From contig CBFFRQ010000179.1 in NCBI GenBank assembly GCA_965644315.1, positions 1 through 64,000 of the forward strand: DNA of 64,000 nt, written 5' to 3'. Both the position numbers and the translations under genes were made by a program. The stretch comes from Caecitellus pseudoparvulus. Its lineage: Eukaryota; Protista; Bigyra: Bicosoecida. A model generated the notes under the pieces. It made no database searches. It was not told where the DNA came from and was given only the letters and a program-made list of their open reading frames with translations. Of the stretch, positions 1-12,611 are shown one piece after another (within the stretch, counting starts at the first letter, position 1; each line of letters opens with the position of its first letter).

Positions 1-1
1 C

Positions 2-3001
2 GTCGCGGCCCGCCTGCTCGTGAATGGTGCATCTGGGCGATCACTGTCAGGAAGTGGCGCGAATTCCTCCTCCATCCCTGCTGTGGCACGAACGCTGACT
101 GGCTCAGAGCTGGCCCTGCTGCGCTCACTGCACGGTGCCCTGGTGTCCAGCGCTGAAGTGGGTGTTCCTGCAAATCAGGCGCCGCAGACCTTCATGTACG
201 GCGTGTTCCTGTCCCTGTCCACCGTGCGGGCACTGCCAGTGGGAGCTGGGCTGCGCTTCGAGGTGGACGTGCTGAACGTGGACGCTGGCAGTGCAGGCGG
301 GGAGCTGTCCACACGCCTGGCCTCCCCAGCAGGAGCCGCAGCAATCACTGTGGCCCGGGCTGAGTGTGACCCCAATCAAGTGCAGACGGGGCTGGTGTGT
401 GAGTGTGCTGCAGGGTATGGCGTGGCACCCCAGGCTCCACAGGGAGCTGCCCTGTCGCCTGCGTCACTGGTGTGTGCGCCTTGTGGAGCGGGGAAGGTGG
501 GCGTGGTTGCGACAGCTGGGCGAGTGACGTCTCCCGCAGTGTGTCAGCGGTGTGGAGACGGCACCTTCTCGCTGCCTGGCTCAACTGCTTGCAGTGCGTG
601 CCCTGAGGGCGCTGTGTGCGGCGATGGCATCCTGGCTGTGTTGCCTGGCTTCGCGCTGGCCTCCACGCTTGTGGACGCTGATGGGGCGGGACTCGTCCCA
701 GGCACAGAAGCGAACGACATCGGGGCGAACATCTTCCTGTGCCCCAATCCGCTGGCGTGTGAGGCGGGGCAGGCGACGTCCCTGCAGTGGAGCAACTACA
801 GCATCATCCCCACAGGTTGCGCTGCTGGGCACGAAGGCGACTTGTGTGGAGTGTGTGCAGACTCGTATACATACTCGCCCGTCGCAGGCGGCGCGTCAGT
901 GGACTGTGTGCGCTGTCACGAGTCATCCAGCGCCCTTCTGGCCGCGACGACGGTGATGAGCTTGGTGCTGTTGGGCCTGTTGTTGTGCGCCTGGCGGGGA
1001 GTGCTGTTCATCATGGGCAGCAAGCCCCAAGGCGCAGTGGAAGTGCCACCCGCTCTGCAGGTGCCATTTGTGCAGGGTGAGAGCAGAGCGGACTGGGTCC
1101 AGCGCTCATCTGGAGCATCGATTGCGCTGATTGTGGACGGCGGATCAGCTGAAGTGTCAGGTGAAGGCAGTGGACCTGCTTCGTCCTTGCTGCAAGTGCG
1201 CTTCGTGGCGCTGTGGCTGTTGGTGCTGCACCTGCAGTGGTCGTCCCAGCTGGACTCGTACCGTCTGGGCACAGTGGAGGGCATGGAAGGCGTCTCCACC
1301 CTGTCCCACATTGCCTCCATCTTCCCTGTGCACGCACAGTACACGAGCTGTGTGTTGGGCGCGCGAGACTTGGTCACGACAAGCTTCGGCATCGGCGCAT
1401 CTTTGCCTGTGTTGGGGCTATTGGCTGGCTGCATTGTAGCTGGTGTAGTTGTGGCCTGCAGCGCCCTGTGCGGCAAGCAGCGCAGGGAATGTGGAGGACG
1501 GGAGGTGTTGGGAGCCATTGGCGCTGCCTGTGGCCTGTCCATGTTCATGACCGTGCCTCGCTCGCTGCTGTCCATGGTGACTGTGTTCTTAACACTGCCC
1601 GCATCGCCCCAGGCTGAGTACATGCTGCAGGGCTTCAAGTACTTGGCTGGCTCGGAGCTGCATGTGCAGCTGCAAGTGACGGCAGGGCTGTTGGCTGTGC
1701 TGTGGGGTGTGGTGCCGCTTGTCGTGCTGTGGCGGGGTCGGCCTGTGTTGCCAGCCGGCCGACTTGCAGATGCGCTGCAGGAGTCCAGCGCAGGAGGTCA
1801 TGGTGGTTCAGAAAAGGAAGATGCAGACATGGAGAGCCTGCGAGATGAGGTGGAGTGTGGTGCGGATGGCACGACGACCTGGCCAGTGGCCACAGCAGCC
1901 ACTGCCCTGTTGTACCCAGATGCCGCTGGCACGCTGCTGAGCCACGCCCAGATGCAGGTGGAGGAGGCGACGAGCACATCTCCTGCGACGTGGCTGTGGA
2001 CGAGTCTGGGGTGGAGCTGGGGCTTCTTCCGCCCTTCCATGTGGTGGTACAGCCTCGTGTGGCTGGGGCAGTGCTTTGCGCTCGCCCTGGCCGCGGCAGC
2101 CTCGCCCTTCCTCATCAACCGCGCCTACATGGCGGGGGCAGTGTGTGCCGTGTGCATGGCGGCCAACCTGTGGTTGCAGCCCCTACTCATGACGGGGGAC
2201 GCGCCAGCTTGGGTTGGCCTGCCGCTGTTGCAACATGCAGTGCGCAGCGAGCTGGACAAGCGAGCTGGGCACAGCCTGCGTCTGGCAGCTGTCACACGCC
2301 TGCAGCGACAGTCGGTGCTGCTGCATTCCCTGTCAGTGCTGGTGCAAGGCGGGGTCATGGTGCAGGCGGGTTTTACCTTTGCCATGTACGCTTGGAGGAG
2401 CGGCGCCTTCTTCGCCGAGGCAGGGCGCTCCAACCCGTACTTGAGCGCAGTTGAGGTGGACCTGCAAGCAGCTGACGCCGTGGTGGTGGCAGGCGTGAAC
2501 TGTGGCTTCTGGGTGCCAGTGTTGGGGCTGCTGCTCGTGTTGGCTGTGCCAAGCGCAGCTCTACAAGGCACCAGTGCCCTTGCCAAGGTTCTTGCTGCAG
2601 GGCTGGCGTTCGTGTTCCGTTCGCCTGCAGCACGCAGGGGGCTGTCCAAGAGCAAGCTGTCCAGTGCAGGCACGGGCGAAGGCGTTGAGCTGAGCAGTCT
2701 GTCCAAGACGGTGCTGGCCAAGCCAAGTCAGGGAGATGGCGCGAGTCTGGAGGCAGTGAGGAGCATGGTGAAGTCGACCAAGGTGTCCACGCCATCTGCT
2801 GCAACCACACGGCGCAAGTCTTCGAGGCGGACGAGTTTGATGCTGAGGAATGCCACCGCAGACTCGGAGAGGATGCGTTCCGCTTCCATCCAGTCCCTGG
2901 TCGACTCTGCGGCACGTGGTGAGGAGGAGAGTGTGGCTGGAGGGGGAGCTCCAGGTGCAGTTGGGCGTGCTCGAGCTTCGCCTAGCTTTGCCCGGCGCTA
3001 G
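2..3001 (+). CDS. 5'-truncated multipass membrane protein with an extracellular Cys-rich (GCC2/GCC3, TNFR-like) region and a basic/Ser-rich cytoplasmic tail
   Basis: Frame is open from the window start to TAG at 2999-3001. Cys motifs CxxCGDGTFS..G...CxxCPEGAxC and C..GH.G.LC..C...Y are followed by many hydrophobic segments. Confidence 0.7.
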   Translation, partial: VAARLLVNGASGRSLSGSGANSSSIPAVARTLTGSELALLRSLHGALVSSAEVGVPANQAPQTFMYGVFLSLSTVRALPVGAGLRFEVDVLNVDAGSAGGELSTRLASPAGAAAITVARAECDPNQVQTGLVCECAAGYGVAPQAPQGAALSPASLVCAPCGAGKVGVVATAGRVTSPAVCQRCGDGTFSLPGSTACSACPEGAVCGDGILAVLPGFALASTLVDADGAGLVPGTEANDIGANIFLCPNPLACEAGQATSLQWSNYSIIPTGCAAGHEGDLCGVCADSYTYSPVAGGASVDCVRCHESSSALLAATTVMSLVLLGLLLCAWRGVLFIMGSKPQGAVEVPPALQVPFVQGESRADWVQRSSGASIALIVDGGSAEVSGEGSGPASSLLQVRFVALWLLVLHLQWSSQLDSYRLGTVEGMEGVSTLSHIASIFPVHAQYTSCVLGARDLVTTSFGIGASLPVLGLLAGCIVAGVVVACSALCGKQRRECGGREVLGAIGAACGLSMFMTVPRSLLSMVTVFLTLPASPQAEYMLQGFKYLAGSELHVQLQVTAGLLAVLWGVVPLVVLWRGRPVLPAGRLADALQESSAGGHGGSEKEDADMESLRDEVECGADGTTTWPVATAATALLYPDAAGTLLSHAQMQVEEATSTSPATWLWTSLGWSWGFFRPSMWWYSLVWLGQCFALALAAAASPFLINRAYMAGAVCAVCMAANLWLQPLLMTGDAPAWVGLPLLQHAVRSELDKRAGHSLRLAAVTRLQRQSVLLHSLSVLVQGGVMVQAGFTFAMYAWRSGAFFAEAGRSNPYLSAVEVDLQAADAVVVAGVNCGFWVPVLGLLLVLAVPSAALQGTSALAKVLAAGLAFVFRSPAARRGLSKSKLSSAGTGEGVELSSLSKTVLAKPSQGDGASLEAVRSMVKSTKVSTPSAATTRRKSSRRTSLMLRNATADSERMRSASIQSLVDSAARGEEESVAGGGAPGAVGRARASPSFARR

Positions 3002-3237
3002 AAAAACACAAGTGGCGGCAGTGTGGGCGGCAGCTCTACGTAGGAGTAGACCCCCAGGGCGTGCAACCCTCAGACCTCAAGGGCCAGTGTGTTTCATATT
3101 GTTAAGTTTCGCACAGGCTCAGATTGAGTTGGCCCAGCTGCAGTTTGATTCAGTGACGCTTGAAATGCATGTGTCCATCGCTTGCCCGCTCACAGACGAC
3201 AAGATGCAGTGCAAGCCATGGCGCAAGAGTCAATGGT

Positions 3238-3253
3238 GGTGTTGAGTAACACC
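3238..3253 (-). promoter_or_regulatory. Histone mRNA 3' stem-loop (H3)
   Basis: Minus strand reads GGTGTT-ACTC-AACACC followed by ACCA, 48 nt after the stop codon. Confidence 0.9.
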
Positions 3254-3301
3254 GTGGGGGTGGTGGGCAGGCCAAGCCTGCGCCGCAAGGCTGCGCAGCA
3301 T

Positions 3302-3736
<435 letters not shown>

Positions 3737-3785
3737 TCACAACAGGTGTGTGAGTGCGACGAGGCGTGGGGTTAGTGTGCAGTGA

Positions 3786-4337
<552 letters not shown>

Positions 4338-4415
4338 GCGGACTGCTTCCCGTGGCAGGGCTTGCCTGCCAGGCGGCGTGTGTGCTCAGGCACTGCGCCG
4401 CCCCACCACCCCAAC

Positions 4416-4431
4416 GGTGTTCCTCAACACC
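4416..4431 (+). promoter_or_regulatory. Histone mRNA 3' stem-loop (H4)
   Basis: CCAAC-GGTGTT-CCTC-AACACC-ACC, 78 nt after the stop codon. Confidence 0.9.
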
Positions 4432-4640
4432 ACCTTCACATGCACCACACCACGCTTGGCTTGCTGGGCAGGTCTGGATCAATGCACCCTGCACGTGGTG
4501 TGCGCTTGCACATCGCTGCAAGTGCTCAACCCTGCCTGGCTGTGGCCCCAACGCATCATGCACAGCCAGGCCTCCAAGCCCCACGCACACAACAGCAATT
4601 CATTTCAAAACCGCACAACTACCCACATCGTCATACTGGT

Positions 4641-4656
4641 GGTGTTGAGTAACACC
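4641..4656 (-). promoter_or_regulatory. Histone mRNA 3' stem-loop (H2A)
   Basis: Minus strand reads CCAAC-GGTGTT-ACTC-AACACC-ACCA, 73 nt after the stop codon. Confidence 0.9.
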
Positions 4657-4729
4657 GTTGGGGGTGGTTGCTGTGCACAGACGACAGGATGCACCCTGCC
4701 GACGCCACAGCACGAAGCAGCCTGCTCGC

Positions 4730-5101
4730 TTACTTCTTCTTGGGCAGCAGCTGAGAGTGGATGTTGGGCAGCACACCACCAGACGCGATGGTGACGCCAG
4801 CCAGCAGCTTGTTCAGCTCCTCGTCGTTGCGCACAGCCAGCTGCACGTGGCGGGGGATGATGCGGCTCTTCTTGTTGTCACGAGCGGCGTTCCCAGCCAG
4901 CTCCAGGATCTCAGCGGCCAGGTACTCCAGGACAGCGGCCAGGTACACGGGGGCACCCGCGCCGATGCGGGAGGCCACACGCTGGTTGCGCATGTACCGA
5001 GCGACACGGCCCACGGGGAACTGCAGACCAGCCTTGGCGGAGCGGGAGGTGGACTTGCCACCCTTGCCCTTGCCGCGGCCGCCCTTGCCCTTGCCAGACA
5101 T
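4730..5101 (-). CDS. H2A: Histone H2A, intronless
   Basis: [12 protein letters not shown]...[14 protein letters not shown]...[16 protein letters not shown]; no SQ[ED]Y H2A.X tail. Confidence 0.99.
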   Translation of the reverse strand: MSGKGKGGRGKGKGGKSTSRSAKAGLQFPVGRVARYMRNQRVASRIGAGAPVYLAAVLEYLAAEILELAGNAARDNKKSRIIPRHVQLAVRNDEELNKLLAGVTIASGGVLPNIHSQLLPKKK

Positions 5102-5564
5102 GTTGGATGAGGTGTGTGTGTGTGCGGTGGTCACAACGTGACGATGCTGACGATGCGTGGTGAGTTGGTGGGGAAGATTGATAGTGGCTTGGGCGGGGCA
5201 AGTGTGCTGCGTGCGGCGACTGGCCGCGCAGCTGACGGGGCTGGCGGGGTGTGCATGTGTACTGCTGAAGCATATGCACGGGACTAGCCCAGACTGTGTG
5301 ATGCGCTCACTGGATATTGCATGCCAGTTACACATGTCAACATTGTACATGAGCTCCAGAACACGTGTGGCCGATGCGCCTGGTGTGCATGCATGTCAGT
5401 GACCGAGCAGTGCGTGTGGCGCAGTGCACACAGCACACTCCCGCCCACCTCCACCCACACTCCCTCGCTTGCCCCCACATCACTCTACACTCCCACCTCC
5501 ATCACACACGCTTCCCAGCACCCCAGTGCTCACTTCCCCGTGTCACACACCCCCACCCATCACC

Positions 5565-5918
5565 ATGGCCAAGACCCCTTCCAAGAAGTCCGCCAAGAAG
5601 GCCGGCAAGTCCTCCGCCTCCACTGGCTCCAAGAAGAAGCGCGTGGAGAGCTACTCCACCTACATCTACCGCGTGCTGAAGCAGGTGCACCCCGAGATCG
5701 GCATCTCCAAGAAGGGCATGGGCATCATGAACTCCTTCATCAACGACGTCTTTGACCGCGTGTGCGCCGAGGCCGCTTCCCTGGCCCGCTACAACAAGAA
5801 GGCCACCCTGTCCTCCCGCGAGGTGCAGACTGCCGTGCGCCTGGTGCTGCCTGGCGAGCTGGCCAAGCACGCCGTGTCCGAGGGCACCAAGGCTGTGACC
5901 AAGTTCACCTCCGCCTAA
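5565..5918 (+). CDS. H2B: Histone H2B, intronless
   Basis: MAKTPSKK...[21 protein letters not shown]...[16 protein letters not shown]. Confidence 0.99.
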   Translation: MAKTPSKKSAKKAGKSSASTGSKKKRVESYSTYIYRVLKQVHPEIGISKKGMGIMNSFINDVFDRVCAEAASLARYNKKATLSSREVQTAVRLVLPGELAKHAVSEGTKAVTKFTSA

Positions 5919-5994
5919 GCGTCCGGACTTCCCTGTGTAGTGGAGTGGGGGGAGCAAGTCGCCCCTCCTTTCCTGCACAACTACCACCCCCAAC

Positions 5995-6010
5995 GGTGTT
6001 ACTCAACACC
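5995..6010 (+). promoter_or_regulatory. Histone mRNA 3' stem-loop (H2B)
   Basis: CCAAC-GGTGTT-ACTC-AACACC-ACCA, 76 nt after the stop codon. Confidence 0.9.
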
Positions 6011-6390
6011 ACCAGAATCACAACTGAGGACATTTACTTGTGTGTGCATCGCGGAATGAATTTGCTCAGTCCAGGGCTGTGAGGATGTGTCCAGCGTGAT
6101 CGAAGTCAGGGCCCGACGAGGCAAGCTTGGCCAGGCACGCACGAAGTGGCGCACATGCGAGAGTGCTTGCTTGCTCAGAGCTTCCTGTTGTGTCTGCTGG
6201 GCTGTTGTTTTGCTGTGTCGTGCTTGGGACCAGATCTCGTGGAACTCGCGAGCTCTCACCAAGCAATGCCAATTCACTCAGTCCGATCTCACTCGCAAGC
6301 TGTCGGAGGCTATACCGCTACGTCGGACTGGCTCTCTCCCCCCTTGCTGCTCTTCGCATTCGCTCGGTTCCACAGACTTCGTTCAGCACC

Positions 6391-6960
6391 ATGGCCATGG
6401 ATGACGGTGGCTTGTTCGAGGGTTTGTTGGTGCGTGCTTCGTCAGGGCAAACACGGTCGTCCCACTCGCAGCTTCGCACATCGCCTTCTGACTGACCATC
6501 GTCACGAAAATGCTTGTCCCGCCGCGCAGGGCCCCGAGGAGGGTGATGTCGAGATCTTGGCGGGGGAGAGCGGCAGTGGAGCGGGCATTGGTGGGGAGCC
6601 TTCAGATGCAACAGGAGCGCGCGATGCGTCCCACGGGGAAGCGTCAGTTAAGCTCACCACAAAGTACATGACCAAGTACGAGCGTGCCCGCATCATCGGC
6701 ACTCGGGCTCTGCAACTTAGGTGCGTTTTCGTTCTGGCACGCGTTTCATGCGAAACGCCGTTGCACCACTTCCCACCACGCGCTACCTTGTATTCTTCAG
6801 CATGAATGCTCCTCCCCTTGTGGATGTCAAGAGTGAAACGGACCCAATCAGCATTGCCATGATGGAGCTGAAGGCAAACAAGGTCCCTTTCATCGTCCGC
6901 AGGCACATGCCAGACGGCAGCTACGAGGACTGGCCCGTGAAGGACCTGGTTCAGCAGTAG
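6391..6960 (+). CDS. RPB6: RNA polymerase I/II/III common subunit RPB6 (RPABC2); exons 6391-6429, 6530-6720, 6801-6960
   Basis: TTKYMTKYERARIIGTRALQL|SMNAPPLVD...DPISIAMMELK...PFIVRRHMPDGSYEDW; GT-AG introns restore the frame. Confidence 0.95.
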
Positions 6961-7255
6961 TGTGCCCTGAAATGCAGCTTGTGTCCAGCCTGTTGCCCTG
7001 GCAGTATCCTCAGTCTGTTTGCAGCTTGTACTGCGCTCCTTGGCAGTGTGATGTGTGACAGTCTGCACACACAGGCAGTGCGAACTTTCCTGAGCTCTGC
7101 AATTCAAGCAGAATGGAGCAATTCAACAAACTTCACATCCATCTTCTCCAATAGTAATCGGATATTCTGACTCACGCAGCTCGTGAGGCCAACCCCTTTG
7201 TCCAATCTGCTTGCCCCCGGCGTGGTGTGCGGAAATTGCATGCTGCACCAGCACA

Positions 7256-9198
7256 ATGCTGCGTCATTCCGGAGCCCGGGCGTTGGAGGCGGCCAAGACG
7301 ATACCCCTGACTCGGAGCCTGAGTCAAAAGTCGCGTTCTTGGTTTCGAGAGGTGCCGAAGGCGCCAGTGTCTGCGACACATGACGTGCTGAACCAGTCGT
7401 CGAGGCTGCCTGACTGGAGTGCGTACGAGGATGACCAGGCGCTGGTGGACGGAGTGCGCATGCATGGAGCTTCAGCATTCGAGAAGCACCTGATCAAGTA
7501 CGGCCACTATGCTGGGTCAGAGGCCACTCGGCGGCGCCACAGAGAAGCCAATGACAACCCGCCGGTGCTGCAGCAGTTCGACAAGGTGCGTTGGGCGCAC
7601 CGCTTTGGAGGCCGCTTTGCTAGTGCCCCACTGTGCCTTGCCGCGCTGTTCAGTTCGGCAACCGTGTGGACCAGGTTTCCTTTCACCCCGCATACCACGC
7701 CCTCATGGCGTCGGCTGTGGGGGGACAGGTGCCCAGTCTTGCCTGGGCGTGCGAAGGTGACACTGGAGCGCACGTCGCACGTGCCGTGCTGAGCCTGCTG
7801 AACTACCAGGCAGACTATGGCGTGGGGTGCCCCATCACGATGACGTTTGCAGGCGTGCCAGCCCTGAGCCACGAGGAGTCTGTGGCGAGGGAGTGGGTGC
7901 CTCGTCTGCTTGCGCCCGAGTACGACCCCCGCGATATCCCCGCGGGCGAGAAGCGGGGCGCCACGGTGGGCATGAGCATGACAGAGAAGCAGGGGGGGTC
8001 CGATGTGCGGGCCAACACCACGACAGCCGCCCCTCTGGACGACAACGGGGAGTGCTTTGCTCTCACGGGGCACAAGTGGTTCACGTCCGCGCCCATGTCC
8101 GATGCGTTCCTGACGTTGGCGCAAGTGCCAGGGGCTGGCGTCACCTGTTTCTTGGTACCACGCTGGCTGCCCGATGGCAGTCGGAACAGTAATTTCCGGG
8201 TCATGCGCCTGAAGAACAAGATGGGGGACCGCAGCAACGCCTCGTCGGAAGTGGAGTACGCTGGTGCGTGGGCTCAGCGCGTCGGCCTCCCAGGGCGGGG
8301 GGTGTCCGTGATCGTGGACATGGTCGTGTCCACTCGCCTGGACTGTGCTCTGGGCTCAGCTGGACTGCAGCGCCAGGCTCTGCGGCACGCCATGCACCAT
8401 GCGTGCGGGCGCAGTGCGTTCGGCGTGCGGCTGGCAGACGCGCCGGCCATGCGCGCGTTGCTGGGCGACTTGGCGGTGGAGAGTGAGGCCTCCGTTGCCA
8501 TGGCGTTGTACGCAGCACAGCTCTTCGACGCGGCGGCTGCAGACCCTGGCAATGAGGATGCTGCGGCTTTGAAGCGCCTGGTGACGGCTGTGGTGAAGTA
8601 CTTCGTCACGAAACGCACGCCCCAGTTCGTGTACGAGGCGATGGAGGCCCACGGCGGCAACGGGTACGTGTACGAGTGGGACATGCCCCGCATGTTCCTG
8701 CAGTCGCCCTTGAATTCCATCTGGGAGGGGTCTGGCAACACCATGGTGCTGGACATCTTGCGCACTCTGGCGAAGGAGCCGGCGGCACTGCCTGCGTTCC
8801 TGCGCGTCCTGCGCTCAGCGGGAGGGGACAGCGCGCCTGCTGGCTACGCCAAGGCGCTGCAGGGGCTGCAGGAGCAGCTTTCCAAGGTGCAGGCGTGGAT
8901 GGTGGCGGGGGACATGGAGGCAGTGCAGTTCGCGGGGCGGTCCATTGTGGATGGTATGGCCACTTGTCTTGGCGCAGCCGTCCTGTTGCAGCGATCAGCG
9001 ACTCTGGGGCGCCTTCCGGACACTGATGCGACGGCATTGCAGGCGGTGGCAGATGCGTACATCGCCACGCGTCTGGCGCAAGGCAGCCTGCCGAAGCACA
9101 ACTATGGGGCTGTGCTGACGCCGGGCATGACAGCGGACACGATCGACGCAGTGCTGTCCCGTGCTGCTGGCGGCCCTGACTTGTCCCGAACGCAGTGA
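7256..9198 (+). CDS. AidB-family acyl-CoA dehydrogenase; intron 7586-7653; possible mitochondrial presequence
   Basis: THDVLNQ..L, FD.FG.RVD.V.FHPAYH, CPITMT, GMSMTEKQGGSDV, GHKWFTSAP, LKNKMGDRSNASSEVEY, EAMEAHGGNGY, SIWEGSGN. Confidence 0.92.
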
Positions 9199-9412
9199 AT
9201 ACAGTGATTGGAGGAAGCATTCACCCAGGCATGCAGGCGTGTGAGGTGCTGGTAGCCTACGTGCTGCACGTGGCGCTCAGCGTGCAAGCGCCGGCACGAG
9301 CCAATTTCAAACCAACCGCACTGCCTGCTCTGTCAGGGTGGCTAGACGCAGCAGAGTTCCCGTGTTTCTCATCACTGGGTTCATTTTCTTGTCCCACCTG
9401 CAGCGTTTGAGC

Positions 9413-12400
9413 ATGGCAGGCGGCAGCGGCGGCAGGCGAGCATGCCTGCGCAGCGTCGCTGGGCTCCTCATGGCCATCGGGGTGGTTCTGCTGTCAGCGC
9501 TGCTAGTGGTGCCATCAGACTCACTGCAGGGTGGCATGTCAGCCATGATAAAAGCTCTGCCTGCTGGAACCCGCACGGCTCTCATCAAGGCAGGCGTGGT
9601 GCACGCTGAAGTGGTGAGCGTGGCGAGTCGCAGCGACGCCAACAGCGTCGAAGCTCCTGCCGCCAGCTCCTTTCCAGAGCAAGGTGCGTGGAATTTGACG
9701 GCTCGTGCTCTGATGGCACACTAAAATACCCCCCTCCTCCTCCTTCTTGACCCTGCCAGGCTCTGCAGCGGCGCATTCAGCGGCCCGCGAGGTGGAGCCC
9801 GCCAGCACTGATGGTGTGGGCCAAGCTGCCAGTGCCCGGCAGGTCAAGACCAAGCGCAGGGCAGCAGTGTGCAGCTCACACTGGTACGCGTCGAGTGAAG
9901 ACGCCTTCTGTGTGTGCCCCGAAGGGGGTGACGCCTTCCTTGGGAGCTGGCTGGAGGGCGTGTCTCGGGCGCGGGTGCAGCGGGCCGTGAAGGCAGGCAC
10001 TGGCTTGCCACGTGGCTGTGAAGCGGCCCTGCGAGCGGGCGTCACGGATTTTCCCCCAGCTGATGCTTCCCGCCTGCCTGCCCCTCTCCGCCACGTCATC
10101 GAGCCAGCCTCTGCAAAGGATCGCTTGACCGACGACGGTCGGTGTCTGCGACTCGGCCCCGCTCCATGTCCGCCCATTCTGCAAGTGCCCCAGCCTGCTG
10201 CGCCGGAAGACACATGGACCACCACCCGTGCCAAGGCTATGCAGTCCAAGCGGCGCCAGGCCCTGGCCCACGCCGTGGAGAGCGGCATGCCCACGGTACT
10301 GCGTGGAGTGCTGCCCCAGAGCCCCGTCGAGACACTGATGGCAGGGGTGGGCCTTTGGCAGGCTGGGAGCGGGAACAAGACGCTCTTCCACATGCGCAAG
10401 CAGCGGCATCCGGTCTTTGTCCTGCGCCAGTCCGCCTCCTCGCCACAGGTACCGCTGCTGGATGAACTGGGCGGCAAGGCAGCCCCGCCCCGCACTGCGC
10501 GCGACTTGCACTTGCCTTGGGAGGGCTCCGACGCGAGCTCAAGCTCGTCGCACGCGACAAGGGGTCTTGCAGGGGGAGTGCCTGCAACTGTGTTGGGGGA
10601 AGGCCACGTTGATGTGGGGGGTGGAGATCGGGATTTCTTTTACCACACCGGCACCGTGTCGGATTGGGCGGGGGAGGCACCTGCCCACATTTCCCGGCGC
10701 CTGCAAGAGGCCACAGAAGAGCTGCAGACTGCCTTTGGCATGGCCAGCTCTGCACTGCTGGAGGAGGTGTCAGATGGAGGGCGGGCGACCGGTGGTGCTG
10801 CGCGGCTGTGGACGGGCCAAGCTGGCGTCACGGCGCAAACGCATTACGACCACGTGCGAAACGCTTTCATCCAGTTACAAGGCTTCAAGCGCGTTGTCCT
10901 GTACCCACCAGCTGCAGCCTCCGACCTGCACCCCTTCCCCCACATTCACCCCAGCTACCACCAGTCGCAAGTTCCACCCACGGCAGCCGCCGCCCTCGAT
11001 GAAACATCGTGGGCTGCGCTGCCAGTGTTCACAGCTGCTGCAAACGCATTCAATGCGAGCGCGACATGGGGCGAAGACCTCGCCACGAGGCGTCGTCAAG
11101 CCATTGCAGTGCAGCTGGCAAAGGCTCGGCAGCACTTGCATGCGGCGGGTGTCGGCGATTCACGCCCGAAGGACTGTGCGCCAGCCTGCTGTTCCCTGCG
11201 GCGCAACACGGTCGTGGAGCCCGCTGACGCGCCAGGGAACCCCGAGGGCAGCGAGGCAGACCTGAAGAAGCTCTACGGGTCTTACTTGGCCATGGAGGTG
11301 GTGCTGGAGCCAGGGGACGTCCTGTTTATTCCTCGTGCGTGCAGGAGACGCTTGCTCGCCGCACGACATCGCTTGCCCACCCTGCAGATGAACTCACCCG
11401 CCGCCCGCTCCACCCTTTCGCAGCCATGTGGTTCCATCGCATCACCGCCCTGTCACCTTCCCAGTCCCTGTCAGTAGTGTCGGCTTCTCCCGTGGACATT
11501 CTCTCGTCACGTGCCATGTGGACGGAGCTGCCACTGCAAGGTGCGCTGGACAACCCTGTAGCCAGGGCGCTGCTGGCACAAGCCATGCTAGCTCGCCTCT
11601 TTGAACTGTTGCAGCCGTTTGCATCTGGCGACAGCGCCTTTGTCCCACACGCCCACGGCGCGTCAACGTCCAAAGGCGGCGTGCGGGACTCCGCCAGTGT
11701 GTACAGTGCCATCCCAGAGTCGCCTGCAGGCGTCTCCGGCACCAGCTTGCCGGGCCGCGATGTGGACATCCAGGTGGATGCTCGTGCCCGGGTGTCTGAC
11801 GAAGTGGGCAGGCTCATGCTCGCGCGGTGGCTGCCGCTGTATGCGCAGTCAGCGCCGACGCAGCGGTCACTGCGCAGAACACTGGCAGCCGCCGGAACAG
11901 CGCGGCCTGGCAAGGCTGTGCCGCACCCTGCGGTGAGGTTGCTCCAGGCCATGGGGTCTCGGCACCTCACCTGCCCAGCGCAGGACGCAGCTGCGCCTCG
12001 GAGCGGGTTTTCGTGCTTCCGACACAAAGGCCGTGGTGGCAAGTCGGGGTCGCCCGACCCGCTGCTAGTGCGCCCTCTGACCCAAGCGGACAGTGTCGTT
12101 GTGGACACCGTTCGAAACATCACTGAGCTCCTGCCGGCGATTCACGCTGCAGCGGAGCGAGTGGCGGACTGGCTCACGTACTCTGCCCCTGTGCGCGGGG
12201 ACCTGCCGGCAGCTGCCCCTGCTGTCGACTGGTTCGACAAGGCTCACTGGGACTCCTTGCGGTTTGAGCACAGTGCGGCAGGGATGGTCACTGGCACCGC
12301 CTTGCAGGACCTCATGGGCGGCGACCGCGTGCAGCTGTCGCCCGGACAGGTGCGCCTGCTGCTGTGGGATTACGCAGAGGAGCTGGCTCAGTGGGCCATG

Positions 12401-12490
12401 GGTGACTGCAATGTCCCTGCGTTTTTCAGGGAGTGTCTGTGGCGCCAAGACGGCTGGTTCCCGGCCGGGTCGTCAGTTGCGGCGTTGTGA
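9413..12490 (+). CDS. JmjC (Cupin_8/FIH-like) 2OG-Fe(II) oxygenase with N-terminal signal anchor; introns 9684-9759 and 11335-11423
   Basis: LWTGQAGVTAQTHYD (HxD), QLQGFKRVVLYPP, LEPGDVLFIP|PMWFHRI (distal His restored by splicing). Confidence 0.85.
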
Positions 12491-12611
12491 CGCGCAACTG
12501 GCTCCAGCGCCTTGCATGATGTATTGTGATTCTGTAGTCTTTTTTGCCGGACAGCTGATGCATTCAATGCACAGGTCCACGCACACGCCATGCCCATGGA
12601 GGCTCACACAC

